A DNA stretch of 63,887 nt, filler included, from Ferroacidibacillus organovorans (GTDB taxonomy: Bacteria; Bacillota; Bacilli; Alicyclobacillales; SLC66): assembly GCF_001642725.1 (NCBI RefSeq). It is 3 parts of 3 records of this genome, joined end to end, with 100 filler letters (N's around TTAATTAATTAA, not from the genome) between each part and the next. Parts side by side here need not be neighbours in the genome. Positions count along the whole stretch, not along the records: positions 45,798 to 63,887 come from NZ_LSUQ01000051.1; 2 more parts are not named here. One strand, given 5' to 3'. The notes under the pieces are model-generated. The model saw only the letters and a list, made by a program, of their open reading frames with translations, did no database searches and had not been told where the DNA came from. Each line of letters opens with the position of its first letter. Positions within the stretch are counted from its first letter, which is position 1. Made by a program: the position numbers and the translations under genes. Shown piece after piece: positions 52,921 through 62,610 of this stretch.

Positions 52921-54459
52921 ATGGAACACCTCGATCAGCACCTAAAGGATAGCGTAGCACGCGCTGCAGACGCGATCGCCTACACCTTTCAGGATCGTCG
53001 CATAGACTACCGAACGTTTGACCGGGAGGTGCAGGATGTCGCTGTTTCTCTTTTGCGGCTCGGTTTTAAAAAAGGTGAAGGCATGGCGCTCATCTTGCCA
53101 AACTCGGACGCCTTTTTAACGCTCTATCACGCAGCGCTGCGCATTGGCATGTACTGTGTCCCCATGAATCCACTCTATACGCCGTCTGAACTGTTGTATA
53201 TGATCCGTGACAGTTCTGTCGGATGCATCGCGGCACCCGCGCAAATGGCGCCACTCGCTCCTGCTATTCTGTCGGAAGCGCCCGACGTAAAACTCATTAT
53301 GGTGGGTGACGGCGCACATGCAGAGGCGGACAGAATCCATCGTTATCTTTCACTGCTTCGCCATCAAGTTGAAGATGATCGTTCTTTCACGCAAGAGATC
53401 GAAGGAATCGCGCGCGATCCGGATGACCTTGCGGTCATTCTCTATACGAGTGGAACGACGGGTAAGCCTAAAGGGGCGATGCTCACTCACGCCAACCTTG
53501 CGTCCAATGCGATGATGATCGGTGATTATCTAAAGTATACGGCGAATGACCGCATTCTCACTGTTCTACCGATGTTCCACGTCTTTTGTCTGACGGTGTG
53601 CGTGAATGCGGCGATTTACCGCGGCGCCGAAATGATTATCCTCCCCCACTTTAGTCCCACAGAACTGATCGAACTCATCCCTGCGCGGCACGCCACAATT
53701 TTTGCAGGCGTTCCCACGATGTATAACTTCTTGCTGCAGGCGAGTCAGTCACGTGAAGTCGACTTTTCCACACTGCGCTACTGCATCTCTGGAGGCGCAG
53801 CAATGCCGGTGGCACTGCTCTCAGCGTTTGAAGCGCGCATGGGGGTCACTGTGCTGGAGGGGTACGGGTTATCTGAGGCATCCCCTGTAAGCGCATTCGC
53901 TCCCATCGATGGTCGACCGCGAAAGGTTGGCTCGATCGGCGTGACGTTGCCCGGAATTGAGCAAAAAGTCGTGGATGAGTTTGACCGTGAGGTGGACGTA
54001 GACGAAGTCGGCGAATTGGTGATGCGCGGCCCCAATGTGATGAAAGGGTATTGGCACTTGCCAGATGCGACGGCGCAGGCACTGCGCGGTGGGTGGCTGC
54101 ACACAGGAGATATGGCAAGAGTTGATGAAGACGGCTATTTTTATCTGGTCGACCGAAAAAAAGACATGATCATTGTCGGTGGGTTTAACGTGTATCCGCG
54201 CGAGATCGAAGAGGTGCTCTATCGCTGTGAAGGCGTGAGGGAAGCGGCGGTGATCGGTGTTCCTGACGATGCGTATGGGGAGGTTCCTATTGCATTTGTC
54301 GTACCTGGCAGTGATACTTTGAGTCAGGAAGATGTAAAAGTATTTTGTGCGGCGCATCTCGCCAAGTACAAACAACCGGCGCGCGTGGTGTTTATTAAAG
54401 AACTTCCAAAGAACACGGTGGGAAAAATTATGCGCCGTGATCTGCGACAGTTTGCCTAG
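52921..54459 (+). CDS. Long-chain fatty acid-CoA ligase
   Basis: YTSGTTGKPKG, EGYGLSE, TGD, DRKKD, LPKNTVGK. Confidence 0.93.
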   Translation: MEHLDQHLKDSVARAADAIAYTFQDRRIDYRTFDREVQDVAVSLLRLGFKKGEGMALILPNSDAFLTLYHAALRIGMYCVPMNPLYTPSELLYMIRDSSVGCIAAPAQMAPLAPAILSEAPDVKLIMVGDGAHAEADRIHRYLSLLRHQVEDDRSFTQEIEGIARDPDDLAVILYTSGTTGKPKGAMLTHANLASNAMMIGDYLKYTANDRILTVLPMFHVFCLTVCVNAAIYRGAEMIILPHFSPTELIELIPARHATIFAGVPTMYNFLLQASQSREVDFSTLRYCISGGAAMPVALLSAFEARMGVTVLEGYGLSEASPVSAFAPIDGRPRKVGSIGVTLPGIEQKVVDEFDREVDVDEVGELVMRGPNVMKGYWHLPDATAQALRGGWLHTGDMARVDEDGYFYLVDRKKDMIIVGGFNVYPREIEEVLYRCEGVREAAVIGVPDDAYGEVPIAFVVPGSDTLSQEDVKVFCAAHLAKYKQPARVVFIKELPKNTVGKIMRRDLRQFA

Positions 54460-54486
54460 CGTCACGACCCCAACTGATCACAAACG

Positions 54487-54514
54487 ACAGGGTGCCGTCT
54501 TCACGGCACCCTGT
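54487..54514. terminator. Hairpin between convergent genes
   Basis: ACAGGGTGCCGT / ACGGCACCCTGT perfect stem. Confidence 0.8.
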
Positions 54515-54521
54515 TGAATGA

Positions 54522-55028
54522 CTATCCTTTATAGCGAGTCACAGACTCATCATAGATGCGTTTGGCCTCTTTTGATCCTTGCCAGCCTTCAATTTTCGTC
54601 ACTTTGTTTTCGAGGTCTTTGTATACTTGGAAGAAGTGAGCGATTTCTTTTAGCTTGTGCGCAGGGATGTCATCCAGTGTATGGACATCTTTAAAACGCG
54701 GATCTTTTGTTGGTACGCCAAGCAGTTTTTCGTCCTGGCCTTTGTCATCCGACATGAGCAAGACGCCAATTACCCGCGACTCGATGACGCAACCGGGAAA
54801 TGTCGGCAAGGTCGTGAGGACGAGGATATCGAGAGGATCGCCGTCTTCTGCGAGCGTATTTTCGAGATATCCGTACTCGGTCGGGTAGTGAAAAGGGGAG
54901 TAGAGCACGCGATCGAGTCGATACACGCCTGCTTCTTTGTCGAACTCGTATTTATTTTGACTCCCTGCGGGAATCTCAATGTGTGCATCAAGAATGAATG
55001 CGTCTGACAACAAAAGCCCTCCTGACAT
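54522..55028 (-). CDS. ppa: Inorganic pyrophosphatase, family I
   Basis: EIPAGSQNKYE, LDRVLY, DGDPLD, YKDLE; start may be slightly downstream. Confidence 0.95.
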   Translation of the reverse strand: MSGGLLLSDAFILDAHIEIPAGSQNKYEFDKEAGVYRLDRVLYSPFHYPTEYGYLENTLAEDGDPLDILVLTTLPTFPGCVIESRVIGVLLMSDDKGQDEKLLGVPTKDPRFKDVHTLDDIPAHKLKEIAHFFQVYKDLENKVTKIEGWQGSKEAKRIYDESVTRYKG

Positions 55029-55261
55029 GGTTTACATATTGGTGAACACGGTATTCATTATACGTAATCTACAAGGGGAGGGCAAAGCGATAAAACTGTG
55101 CTGATTATGACGATTGACGCGATGCTGTGATATAATACTGGCATCCTAGGGATCATAGATCTTGCTCGCGCAGGGTTCTGTGAAACCGGTGCACTCGTTT
55201 GGAGGTGAATTCCCCCCTCGCATGTCCGATTTTGACAGGGCATCCGAGGTGTGAGGAGACG

Positions 55262-56608
55262 GTGGGTCATTCCACAAATTTATTTGATCTGGTTTTATCT
55301 GTGTTTTTAATCGGAGTAAACGGTTTTTTTGTCTCCGTTGAGTTTGCCATTGTTCGCTCTCGCAAAACGCGAATTGAACAATACGTGCAGCAAGGCAATC
55401 GACTCGCGCGTCACGCCATGGATATCATTCAACAGATCGATGGATACTTATCAGCTACGCAGTTAGGCATTACACTCGCGTCGCTCGCGCTCGGTTGGGC
55501 ATCGCAGCGCGCCCTATCGCCGATCGTAGGAGATTTTTTGCTTCAGATCAAGGTGTTTTCGCTCTCGCGGAGTGGAACGGTTTTTGTCGTCTCAGGTATT
55601 ATCGCATTCGCGCTGATTACCTTCCTCCAGATTGTGTTTGGTGAACTCGCGCCAAAAAATCTCGCAATTTCTCGTCCGGAGACGTGGCTCATGCTTGCGG
55701 CAATGCCGCTCAAAGCTTTTTACCGCGTCATGTTCCCTGCGATCTGGCTGTTAAATCGAACAGCTTCAGGCGTCGTGCGAATGGCACGGGTGCGCGCGAT
55801 CTCGAATGCAGAATTGGCACACTCTGAAGAAGAATTGCGGATGCTCGTAACGCAGAGCCACGAGAGTGGTGTCATCGATGAGACAGAGCGCGAACTGTTT
55901 AACAATGTGTTTTCATTCGCTGATCGCGTCGCTCGTGAAATCATGGTACCGCGAACGGATATGGTCAGCCTCTTTACGGATCAATCGCTACATGAGTGCC
56001 TCGAAGTGGTGAAAAATGATCGACACACCCGTTTTCCACTCTGTGAAGATGATAAAGATCACGTAGTTGGTATCATTCATAGTAAGGATCTTTTCAAATT
56101 TGCACTGGCTCACGGAATGGACTCACCTGAACCTGTTCGCCGTTTGGCGAGAAAAGGCGTCATGGTGCCAGAAGCAATGGGAATCGACGAAGTGCTCAAG
56201 GTGCTTCAGCGTGAGCGCTCGGGACTCGCAATCGTCATTGATGAATACGGCGGAACGGCGGGAATGGTTTCACTCGAAGACATTATTGAAGAATTGGTCG
56301 GTGAAATTCAGGACGAATTTGATGAAGAACGGCCGCCAATTGAAGAATTGGAGGGCTATTTTTCAATCGACGCGCGCATGCTCATTGAAGAAGTCAATGA
56401 ACTGTTTGGCTTTGAACTGTCGGACGAAGAAGTGGATACGGTGGGCGGGTTTGTCTATTCTCAATTGACGGCACCGCTTCGTGTGGGGCTTGAGGTTTAT
56501 CATGAAGGCGCGCGGTTTGTGGTTTCCGAAATTGATAATCTTCGCGTGACGCGCGTACACGTCTATCCACCTGACATGGCTGAACGCCCGAGTGCAGACG
56601 AGACATGA
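55262..56608 (+). CDS. Hemolysin-family CNNM/CBS/CorC transporter
   Basis: NGFFVSVEFA, QLGITLASL, GELAPK, DEYGGTAG, EELVGEI. Confidence 0.92.
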   Translation: MGHSTNLFDLVLSVFLIGVNGFFVSVEFAIVRSRKTRIEQYVQQGNRLARHAMDIIQQIDGYLSATQLGITLASLALGWASQRALSPIVGDFLLQIKVFSLSRSGTVFVVSGIIAFALITFLQIVFGELAPKNLAISRPETWLMLAAMPLKAFYRVMFPAIWLLNRTASGVVRMARVRAISNAELAHSEEELRMLVTQSHESGVIDETERELFNNVFSFADRVAREIMVPRTDMVSLFTDQSLHECLEVVKNDRHTRFPLCEDDKDHVVGIIHSKDLFKFALAHGMDSPEPVRRLARKGVMVPEAMGIDEVLKVLQRERSGLAIVIDEYGGTAGMVSLEDIIEELVGEIQDEFDEERPPIEELEGYFSIDARMLIEEVNELFGFELSDEEVDTVGGFVYSQLTAPLRVGLEVYHEGARFVVSEIDNLRVTRVHVYPPDMAERPSADET

Positions 56609-56630
56609 CAGCGGCTATGGAGTGGTATGA

Positions 56631-56996
56631 GTGAAGAATGACAAGGTTGCGATTCGCTTTCAACCGCAGCGCACCGAGATTGCGATCGAACGGGGAAGCA
56701 CCATCTTGGACGCTGCGCTGCTTGGCAAGGTTACCCTTTCTCACAAATGCGGTGGTCACGGTTCCTGTGGAACGTGCAAAGTGATTGTTGACAGCAAGAC
56801 AACACTTGAGCCGCCGAATCTTCTCGAACACCGTCATCTCGCAGAGGCACAGTTGGGAATGGGGTATCGCCTCGCCTGCCAGTGCCAATTGACGGGACCG
56901 GCGACGGTTCAGGTTCCAGAAGATCCCCTGCGTCGCGTAGTGCGTGAGTTACTCGCTGCTATGCGCGAAACAGATAAGGCGAATATGACAGATTAA
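56631..56996 (+). CDS. 2Fe-2S ferredoxin-like protein
   Basis: CGGHGSCGTC...RLACQ. Confidence 0.9.
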   Translation: MKNDKVAIRFQPQRTEIAIERGSTILDAALLGKVTLSHKCGGHGSCGTCKVIVDSKTTLEPPNLLEHRHLAEAQLGMGYRLACQCQLTGPATVQVPEDPLRRVVRELLAAMRETDKANMTD

Positions 56997-57035
56997 AAAC
57001 CCCCACGGCCTTTACTTAGGTCGTGGGGGTTTTTA
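56994..57035. terminator. Bidirectional terminator
   Basis: TAAAAACCCCCACG...CGTGGGGGTTTTTA. Confidence 0.85.
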
Positions 57036-57044
57036 GGTGCAATC

Positions 57045-59156
57045 CTAGGCTTCATGTACGAGTTCGGACGCGCTGTCTTTCAACTGATCTTTGTACTGAA
57101 GCTCGTATAAGGTTTGATAGAGGCCGCCTGTTTGCAGCAAGTGTTGGTGTGTTCCGCGCTCTCGGATTTTTCCTTTGTGTAGGACGATGATTTGGTCGGC
57201 ATGCTGAATGGTGGACAATCGATGAGCGACGACGAGCGTTGTGCGATGGGCCATCAAGTGTGTCAGCGCGTCTTGAATCACCATCTCTGTTTCTGTGTCG
57301 ATATTCGCTGTGGCTTCATCGAGCACAAGGATGCGCGGATCAAACGCCAGCGCGCGCGCGAATGCGATCAATTGACGTTGACCGTAGGAAAGGGTGGCAC
57401 CGCGTTCCATCACAGGTTCGTGGATGCCCAAAGGCAGCGCTTCTATGAAAGGGCCAGCATTCACTTGCTTGAGCACTTGTTCAATCGTTTGATCGCTTAA
57501 ATCCTCACGGTTGAGGCGAATATTTGACGCGATATCCCCTGTAAACAAGAAGACGTCCTGAAGAACCATGGCGACGTGACTGCGCAGTGTGGCGAGACTC
57601 AGTGTGCGAATGTCAATTCCGTCAATACGAATGGTTCCTTTTTGAATCTCATAAAGGCGCGAAAGAAGATTGAGGATCGAGCTTTTTCCAGCGCCAGTCG
57701 CCCCCACAAACGCTACCGTTTGCCCTGGTGTAACGTGGAAGCTGACGTCGCGCAACACCCACTCCTCGCCTTGGTAGGCAAACCAAACGTGCTCAAACTC
57801 GATTTCTCCGCGCATGAAAGGGAGAGAGACTGGGGATGTCGTTTCCGTGATTCGCTCGTCCGTATCAAGAAGGAGAAAGATGCGTTCCGATGAGGCCATG
57901 GCAGATTGTAAAATGTTGTATTTCTCGGTCATGTCATTGATCGGTTGAAAAAATTGGCCGACGTAGGTGATGATCGCGTAGAGTGTGCCAAAATTGACGG
58001 CGTGTGATATGGCGGATCCGCCGCCAAACCAGATGAGAAGTGCGAGCGTGAGGTCTTCAATCAGGTCCATCGTCGGGCGAAACACGGCATTCGCCTTGAG
58101 CTCACGCCAACTCGCATTCAAGTGGTCTTGGTTTATAGCGAGAAACTTTTGGAACATCGGTACTTCGCGATGAAAAATTTGAATGATGCGCATGCCAGAA
58201 AGATTTTCGGCGAGCATCGCATTGATGCGTGCAAGGCGAACGCGCACTTGGCGATAGGACTCACGTGCGACGCGTCGATAAATGACGGATGCAATCGCGA
58301 TCAAAGGGATGGCGACGAAGGCGATCAATGCAAGTTTGACGTTGAGATGCAGCATGACGAGAATGATACCGATGAGTAGAAAGAGATCATTGAAGATATT
58401 GACCATCAGATTCGCGTACATGTCATTGAGCGTTTGTGTGTCATTCATGACGCGCGTCACGAGACGACCGACCGGATTGCGATCAAAAAAAGCGATGGAC
58501 AATCCCTGAACGTGCGTGAAAATATCAGTGCGAATGCGAAAAATGATGCGCTGCACGGTCCACTGCAAGATGTACGTCTGGATGTAGTTAAGCACGCCAC
58601 CCACCAGAATGAGCGCGAGATAAATTCCACCTAGCCAGAGCATGCCGGTCTGATCGTAGCGGTATACGCTCGCGAGGGTTGCATTGGCAATCCATCTCGT
58701 CGAAAAGGTCGTTTGCCCGATGCGCACAGCATTGTGATTCATGGTAGGATTTCCGACAAGCGGTGTCAGTCGACCGGAAGTATAAAAATCTTTGGCAGGT
58801 GCCGCGATCAGTGCTGTTCGGTTTCCGACGGGAAGAAGCTCGTAGAGTGTGGCGGAGATCGGCGTTTTCGCAGGGAGATCTTGGACGCGCGCGTATGAAG
58901 AACCGTGAACAGTGAGTACAACGTTTGGCTGTGTTGAAGGGACGCGCATCATGGGTTGTGAGAAAGCGGTCATATGATTGTCGATCGCAATTTTCATCAG
59001 ATAAGGTCTGGCCAGATTGGCCACAGTCATGACGAGCAGGAGCAGGACACACAGCGCGACCCAGTAGCGGTGAGGTCGCGCATATCCAATCAGTCGCTTC
59101 ATTAACTGGGCATCATACGCTTTACCGAGCGAATCTTCTTCGTGTAGGTTTGACAT
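57045..59156 (-). CDS. Heterodimeric ABC exporter subunit (YheH-like)
   Basis: GATGAGKS, LSYGQRQL, LDEATANID; large insert after first TM. Confidence 0.9.
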   Translation of the reverse strand: MSNLHEEDSLGKAYDAQLMKRLIGYARPHRYWVALCVLLLLVMTVANLARPYLMKIAIDNHMTAFSQPMMRVPSTQPNVVLTVHGSSYARVQDLPAKTPISATLYELLPVGNRTALIAAPAKDFYTSGRLTPLVGNPTMNHNAVRIGQTTFSTRWIANATLASVYRYDQTGMLWLGGIYLALILVGGVLNYIQTYILQWTVQRIIFRIRTDIFTHVQGLSIAFFDRNPVGRLVTRVMNDTQTLNDMYANLMVNIFNDLFLLIGIILVMLHLNVKLALIAFVAIPLIAIASVIYRRVARESYRQVRVRLARINAMLAENLSGMRIIQIFHREVPMFQKFLAINQDHLNASWRELKANAVFRPTMDLIEDLTLALLIWFGGGSAISHAVNFGTLYAIITYVGQFFQPINDMTEKYNILQSAMASSERIFLLLDTDERITETTSPVSLPFMRGEIEFEHVWFAYQGEEWVLRDVSFHVTPGQTVAFVGATGAGKSSILNLLSRLYEIQKGTIRIDGIDIRTLSLATLRSHVAMVLQDVFLFTGDIASNIRLNREDLSDQTIEQVLKQVNAGPFIEALPLGIHEPVMERGATLSYGQRQLIAFARALAFDPRILVLDEATANIDTETEMVIQDALTHLMAHRTTLVVAHRLSTIQHADQIIVLHKGKIRERGTHQHLLQTGGLYQTLYELQYKDQLKDSASELVHEA

Positions 59157-59165
59157 AGTACCTCC

Positions 59166-60920
59166 TTACGCATCGCCGCTGGCGATTTGATCTTCGAGTT
59201 GTTGCTTGCGGTGGAGTTCGGCATAGATTCCGTTTTGGCTCAGCAATTCTTCGTGTGTGCCTTGCTCAACGATCGCTCCTTCATCGAGGACGAGGATGAG
59301 ATCGGCGTCTTTGATGGTGGAAATACGGTGTGCAATCAGGATCGAGGTTCGCTCACTCAAAACCCGGTTAAGTCCACGCAGAATGCGATCTTCTGTACGC
59401 GTATCGACGGCGGAAAGACTATCGTCGAGAATGAGGATGCGTGGATTTTTGAGCAGGGCCCGTGCGATGGAAACGCGCTGCTTTTGGCCGCCTGAAAGAG
59501 TGACGCCGCGCTCCCCGAGCATCGTTTCGTAGCTGAGGGGAAATTCGACAATGTTATCGTGGACATCTGCGATGCGCGCAGCATCTTCAATCTCCGCTTG
59601 CTTTGCCTCATCAACGCCAAAAGCGATGTTTTCAGCAATCGTCTGTGAGAAGAGAAAGTTATCTTGCGGCACGTAGCCGATCGCCTGGCGAATGTCACGC
59701 AAACGCAATTGGCGAATGTCTGTGCCATCAAGGAAAATGGTTCCTGGCGGGGGATCGAAGAGGCGCAACAGGAGATTGACAAGGGTCGTTTTTCCGCTTC
59801 CCGTTCGTCCCACCATCGCAATACGTCCGCCTGCCGGGATGTGAATGGAAATATTCTTGAGTGACGGTGTGGCGGCACCGCGATGGGTGTAGGTGAGGTT
59901 GCGAATCTCAATCTCGCCGGAGAGTTCGCGCTTTTCAACCGCCATCTCGTGATCGGTGATTTCTGGTCGCTGGTCAAAGATGCGGTTGATCCGCTCCATC
60001 GATGCGCTGCCGCGCTGGAGCATGTTGATCACCCAACCGATGGCCATAATCGGCCACGTGAGCAACCCAAGGTAGCTCGTGAAAGAGATGTATTGCCCTA
60101 AGGTGATGCGATGATCAATCGTCAAGACGCCCCCGTAGACGAGAGCGATGAGAAAGCTGATCGAAGAGATGATCTGAATCAGTGGATTATAGATGCTCTG
60201 AATACGCGCTAACGCCATTTGTCTGTCAAAATAGCTGCGATTTCCGTCAACAAATTTTTGCACTTCCGCGTGTTCCTGAACAAACGTTTTGACGACACGC
60301 GCACCGGCTAAACTCTCTTGAACGCGATCGGTGAGCGCAGAAAATGCGTCCTGCACAAGGATGAACCGGCGATGGATGACACGCCCGAAAAAGAGCACGG
60401 TGAGCGCAAGAATCGGTAGCGGGAGTAAGGAAAAAAATACGAGGCTGCCTTGAACGGTGTTGAGCATCACGATGACGGTGGTAACGATGAGGAAAAAGGG
60501 GTCTACGATCATGACGAGCCCTGATCCGAGCGCCATGCGGACGGCGTACACATCGTTTGTCGCGTGCGCCATCAAGTCGCCCGTTTTATGTTGATTGAAA
60601 TAATTGGTTGAGAGTGTCTCTAAGTGCGAAAACAGGCGGTTGCGAAGTTCGAACTCAAGCCGTCGCGACGTTCCGAAAATATGCATGCGCCAGCGATAGC
60701 GGGAAAAACCAACGAGAAAGCCGAGCGCGCAGAAAATGCCCGCGTATACGCCGAGGCGAGAAACGTTGAGCGTCCCATTGGCGTAATCTTGTGCGAAGGA
60801 CCCGAGAATTTTTGGAATGATCAACTGCAGACAGTCGACGAAAATAATCCATAAAAGGCCTAATGCGTATTGGCCACGATTGGCCCATAAAAAATCGCGA
60901 ACGGTGCGAAACTGGCCCAT
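59166..60920 (-). CDS. Heterodimeric ABC exporter subunit (YheI-like)
   Basis: GRTGSGKT, LSGGQKQR, degenerate LDDSLSAVD; GGAGG RBS. Confidence 0.92.
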   Translation of the reverse strand: MGQFRTVRDFLWANRGQYALGLLWIIFVDCLQLIIPKILGSFAQDYANGTLNVSRLGVYAGIFCALGFLVGFSRYRWRMHIFGTSRRLEFELRNRLFSHLETLSTNYFNQHKTGDLMAHATNDVYAVRMALGSGLVMIVDPFFLIVTTVIVMLNTVQGSLVFFSLLPLPILALTVLFFGRVIHRRFILVQDAFSALTDRVQESLAGARVVKTFVQEHAEVQKFVDGNRSYFDRQMALARIQSIYNPLIQIISSISFLIALVYGGVLTIDHRITLGQYISFTSYLGLLTWPIMAIGWVINMLQRGSASMERINRIFDQRPEITDHEMAVEKRELSGEIEIRNLTYTHRGAATPSLKNISIHIPAGGRIAMVGRTGSGKTTLVNLLLRLFDPPPGTIFLDGTDIRQLRLRDIRQAIGYVPQDNFLFSQTIAENIAFGVDEAKQAEIEDAARIADVHDNIVEFPLSYETMLGERGVTLSGGQKQRVSIARALLKNPRILILDDSLSAVDTRTEDRILRGLNRVLSERTSILIAHRISTIKDADLILVLDEGAIVEQGTHEELLSQNGIYAELHRKQQLEDQIASGDA

Positions 60921-60986
60921 CGAATTCCTCCTTCTACTCAATGAACCGGTTGAGAGTCATGGACTCTCGATGTCTTGCAAGAAAGA

Positions 60987-61952
60987 TTACGGTGTCGCGC
61001 TTGCCGACTGCATGACAGAGGAAACATAGTGCTGCGTCTCCGGGTAGGGGGGAATTCCGCCGAATGCATCCACGGTGCTCGGTCCTGCATTATAGGCGGC
61101 TAATGCGAGGGAGATGTCTCCGTGGTAGCGATGTATCAACTGACTCAAATACGACATGCCAGCCTGCAGGTTTTGAACGGGATCGTAAGGGTTTGTAACG
61201 CCTAGCGATTGTGCGGTTTGTGGCATCAATTGCATCAGGCCCATCGCGCCTGCCTGCGATGTTGCATTTGCTGAAAAGTTCGACTCTTGCTTGACGACGG
61301 CTGAAACGAGATTTGGACTCAATCCATACTGGGGTGCGAGTGAGGCGATTAGTGCTTCGTAGTGTGTCATCGCTGCTGTGGGACTGCCACCAGAGAACGG
61401 TGACGCAAGGGATGTGCCGGAGACCGGCGATGCACCGGTTGTCCCAGAGAGAGGGAATGATGATGCGCCCATGGATGGGAGTGTGGCGTTGGATTGTGCA
61501 ACACCACTAGAGAATCCGGATACACCCTCTATGGCGGCTGCCAGGCTTGAGAGATTGGCGGTCGAGCCGGATTTTGCAGCGCTTGTTAGCAGGAGGCTGA
61601 GCAGTTGGCTTGACGACCCACCGAGCAGACTTCCGCTGAACGTGCCACTCACACCGCCGAGCAGGGAGGTAAGGGACGATGTGCCACTCACACCGCCGAG
61701 CAGAGATGAAAGCGACGAGCCGCTTGTCACGCTGGTTCCTGACAAACTGCCAGATTGAGAGAGCGCGGTCAAGCCGGAGAGTTCCGTATTTGCAATCGTC
61801 TGCAAAAGCGCAGATTGAAACGGTGTCAATCCGCTTGTCGGAAGTGTTTGGCGAGCGGTGTTGCCGCGTGTTTTTGTGCTCACTTCGCTTGGCGTAGCTG
61901 CGTTTGCCACGGAAGACGGGCGCATTGGATCAAGGTTCATCAGAAAAATCAT
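60987..61952 (-). CDS. Lytic transglycosylase (SLT) with Ser/Gly-rich N-terminus
   Basis: QESNF, GAMGLMQLMP, ALAAYNAG, PPYPETQHYV. Confidence 0.92.
   Translation of the reverse strand: MIFLMNLDPMRPSSVANAATPSEVSTKTRGNTARQTLPTSGLTPFQSALLQTIANTELSGLTALSQSGSLSGTSVTSGSSLSSLLGGVSGTSSLTSLLGGVSGTFSGSLLGGSSSQLLSLLLTSAAKSGSTANLSSLAAAIEGVSGFSSGVAQSNATLPSMGASSFPLSGTTGASPVSGTSLASPFSGGSPTAAMTHYEALIASLAPQYGLSPNLVSAVVKQESNFSANATSQAGAMGLMQLMPQTAQSLGVTNPYDPVQNLQAGMSYLSQLIHRYHGDISLALAAYNAGPSTVDAFGGIPPYPETQHYVSSVMQSASATP
61642..61703. repeat. 23-bp intragenic direct repeat
   Basis: GTGCCACTCACACCGCCGAGCAG at 61642 and 61681, encoding SLLGGVSGT twice. Confidence 0.85.
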
Positions 61953-62610
61953 ACCTTTCTTTAGGCGCGGAGATTGACGTTGGTTGCAATGATTTTACCA
62001 AAAGATCGCAGAGCGGGTCTACGAGATCAGAGAGTGGACGGTCTTCATTTTCGAGCAATCTCATCAAAAGGACTTCGTGGATCGCTCCGAGCCAAGCATA
62101 TGCCGTCAACGTACAGTCGATCGGTTCAATCGATCCGTCTTCCACTGCATGGGTTAGGTGCAAAGCAATAAATCGCGCGATCGCGCGATGTGCCGCGTAG
62201 ACTTGTCGATCAAATGTTTTCCCGAGTCCGGATGCTTCTACAAACAATAGACGGGTCGCTTTTTCGTGGCGAGTCAGTGTAGACAGAACGACCGTAAGCG
62301 CCGCGCGAATTTTTTCCACTGCGCCGTGTCGAGTGTCAATGGCCTGGTTTGCGCCAGCGAGAAGGCGATCGATCAACGTGTCAAGCAGCACTTCGAAAAT
62401 GGCCTTCTTGGATGGAAAATGAAAATAAAATGCGCCTTTTGACGTGGATGATTCACGCGTGATATCGTCCACGAGCGTGTCGTTATATCCTTTTTCAGAA
62501 AAGACATCCATGGCGGCTTGAAGAATTTTATTCCTCGTCTCTTGGCGGCCGCGCTCTTTTTTTTCGCTACCTTCCGTTTTCCCATTCGTCGCTGGTTCAT
62601 CTAATTCCAC
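61930..62610 (-). CDS. TetR/AcrR family regulator
   Basis: ILQAAMDVFSEKGY...SKGAFYFHFPSK. Confidence 0.92.
   Translation of the reverse strand: MELDEPATNGKTEGSEKKERGRQETRNKILQAAMDVFSEKGYNDTLVDDITRESSTSKGAFYFHFPSKKAIFEVLLDTLIDRLLAGANQAIDTRHGAVEKIRAALTVVLSTLTRHEKATRLLFVEASGLGKTFDRQVYAAHRAIARFIALHLTHAVEDGSIEPIDCTLTAYAWLGAIHEVLLMRLLENEDRPLSDLVDPLCDLLVKSLQPTSISAPKERYDFSDEP

Noticed and set aside
61642..61703. 23-bp direct repeat as a recombination or CRISPR-like repeat
   Set aside because: In-frame duplication within a Ser/Gly linker
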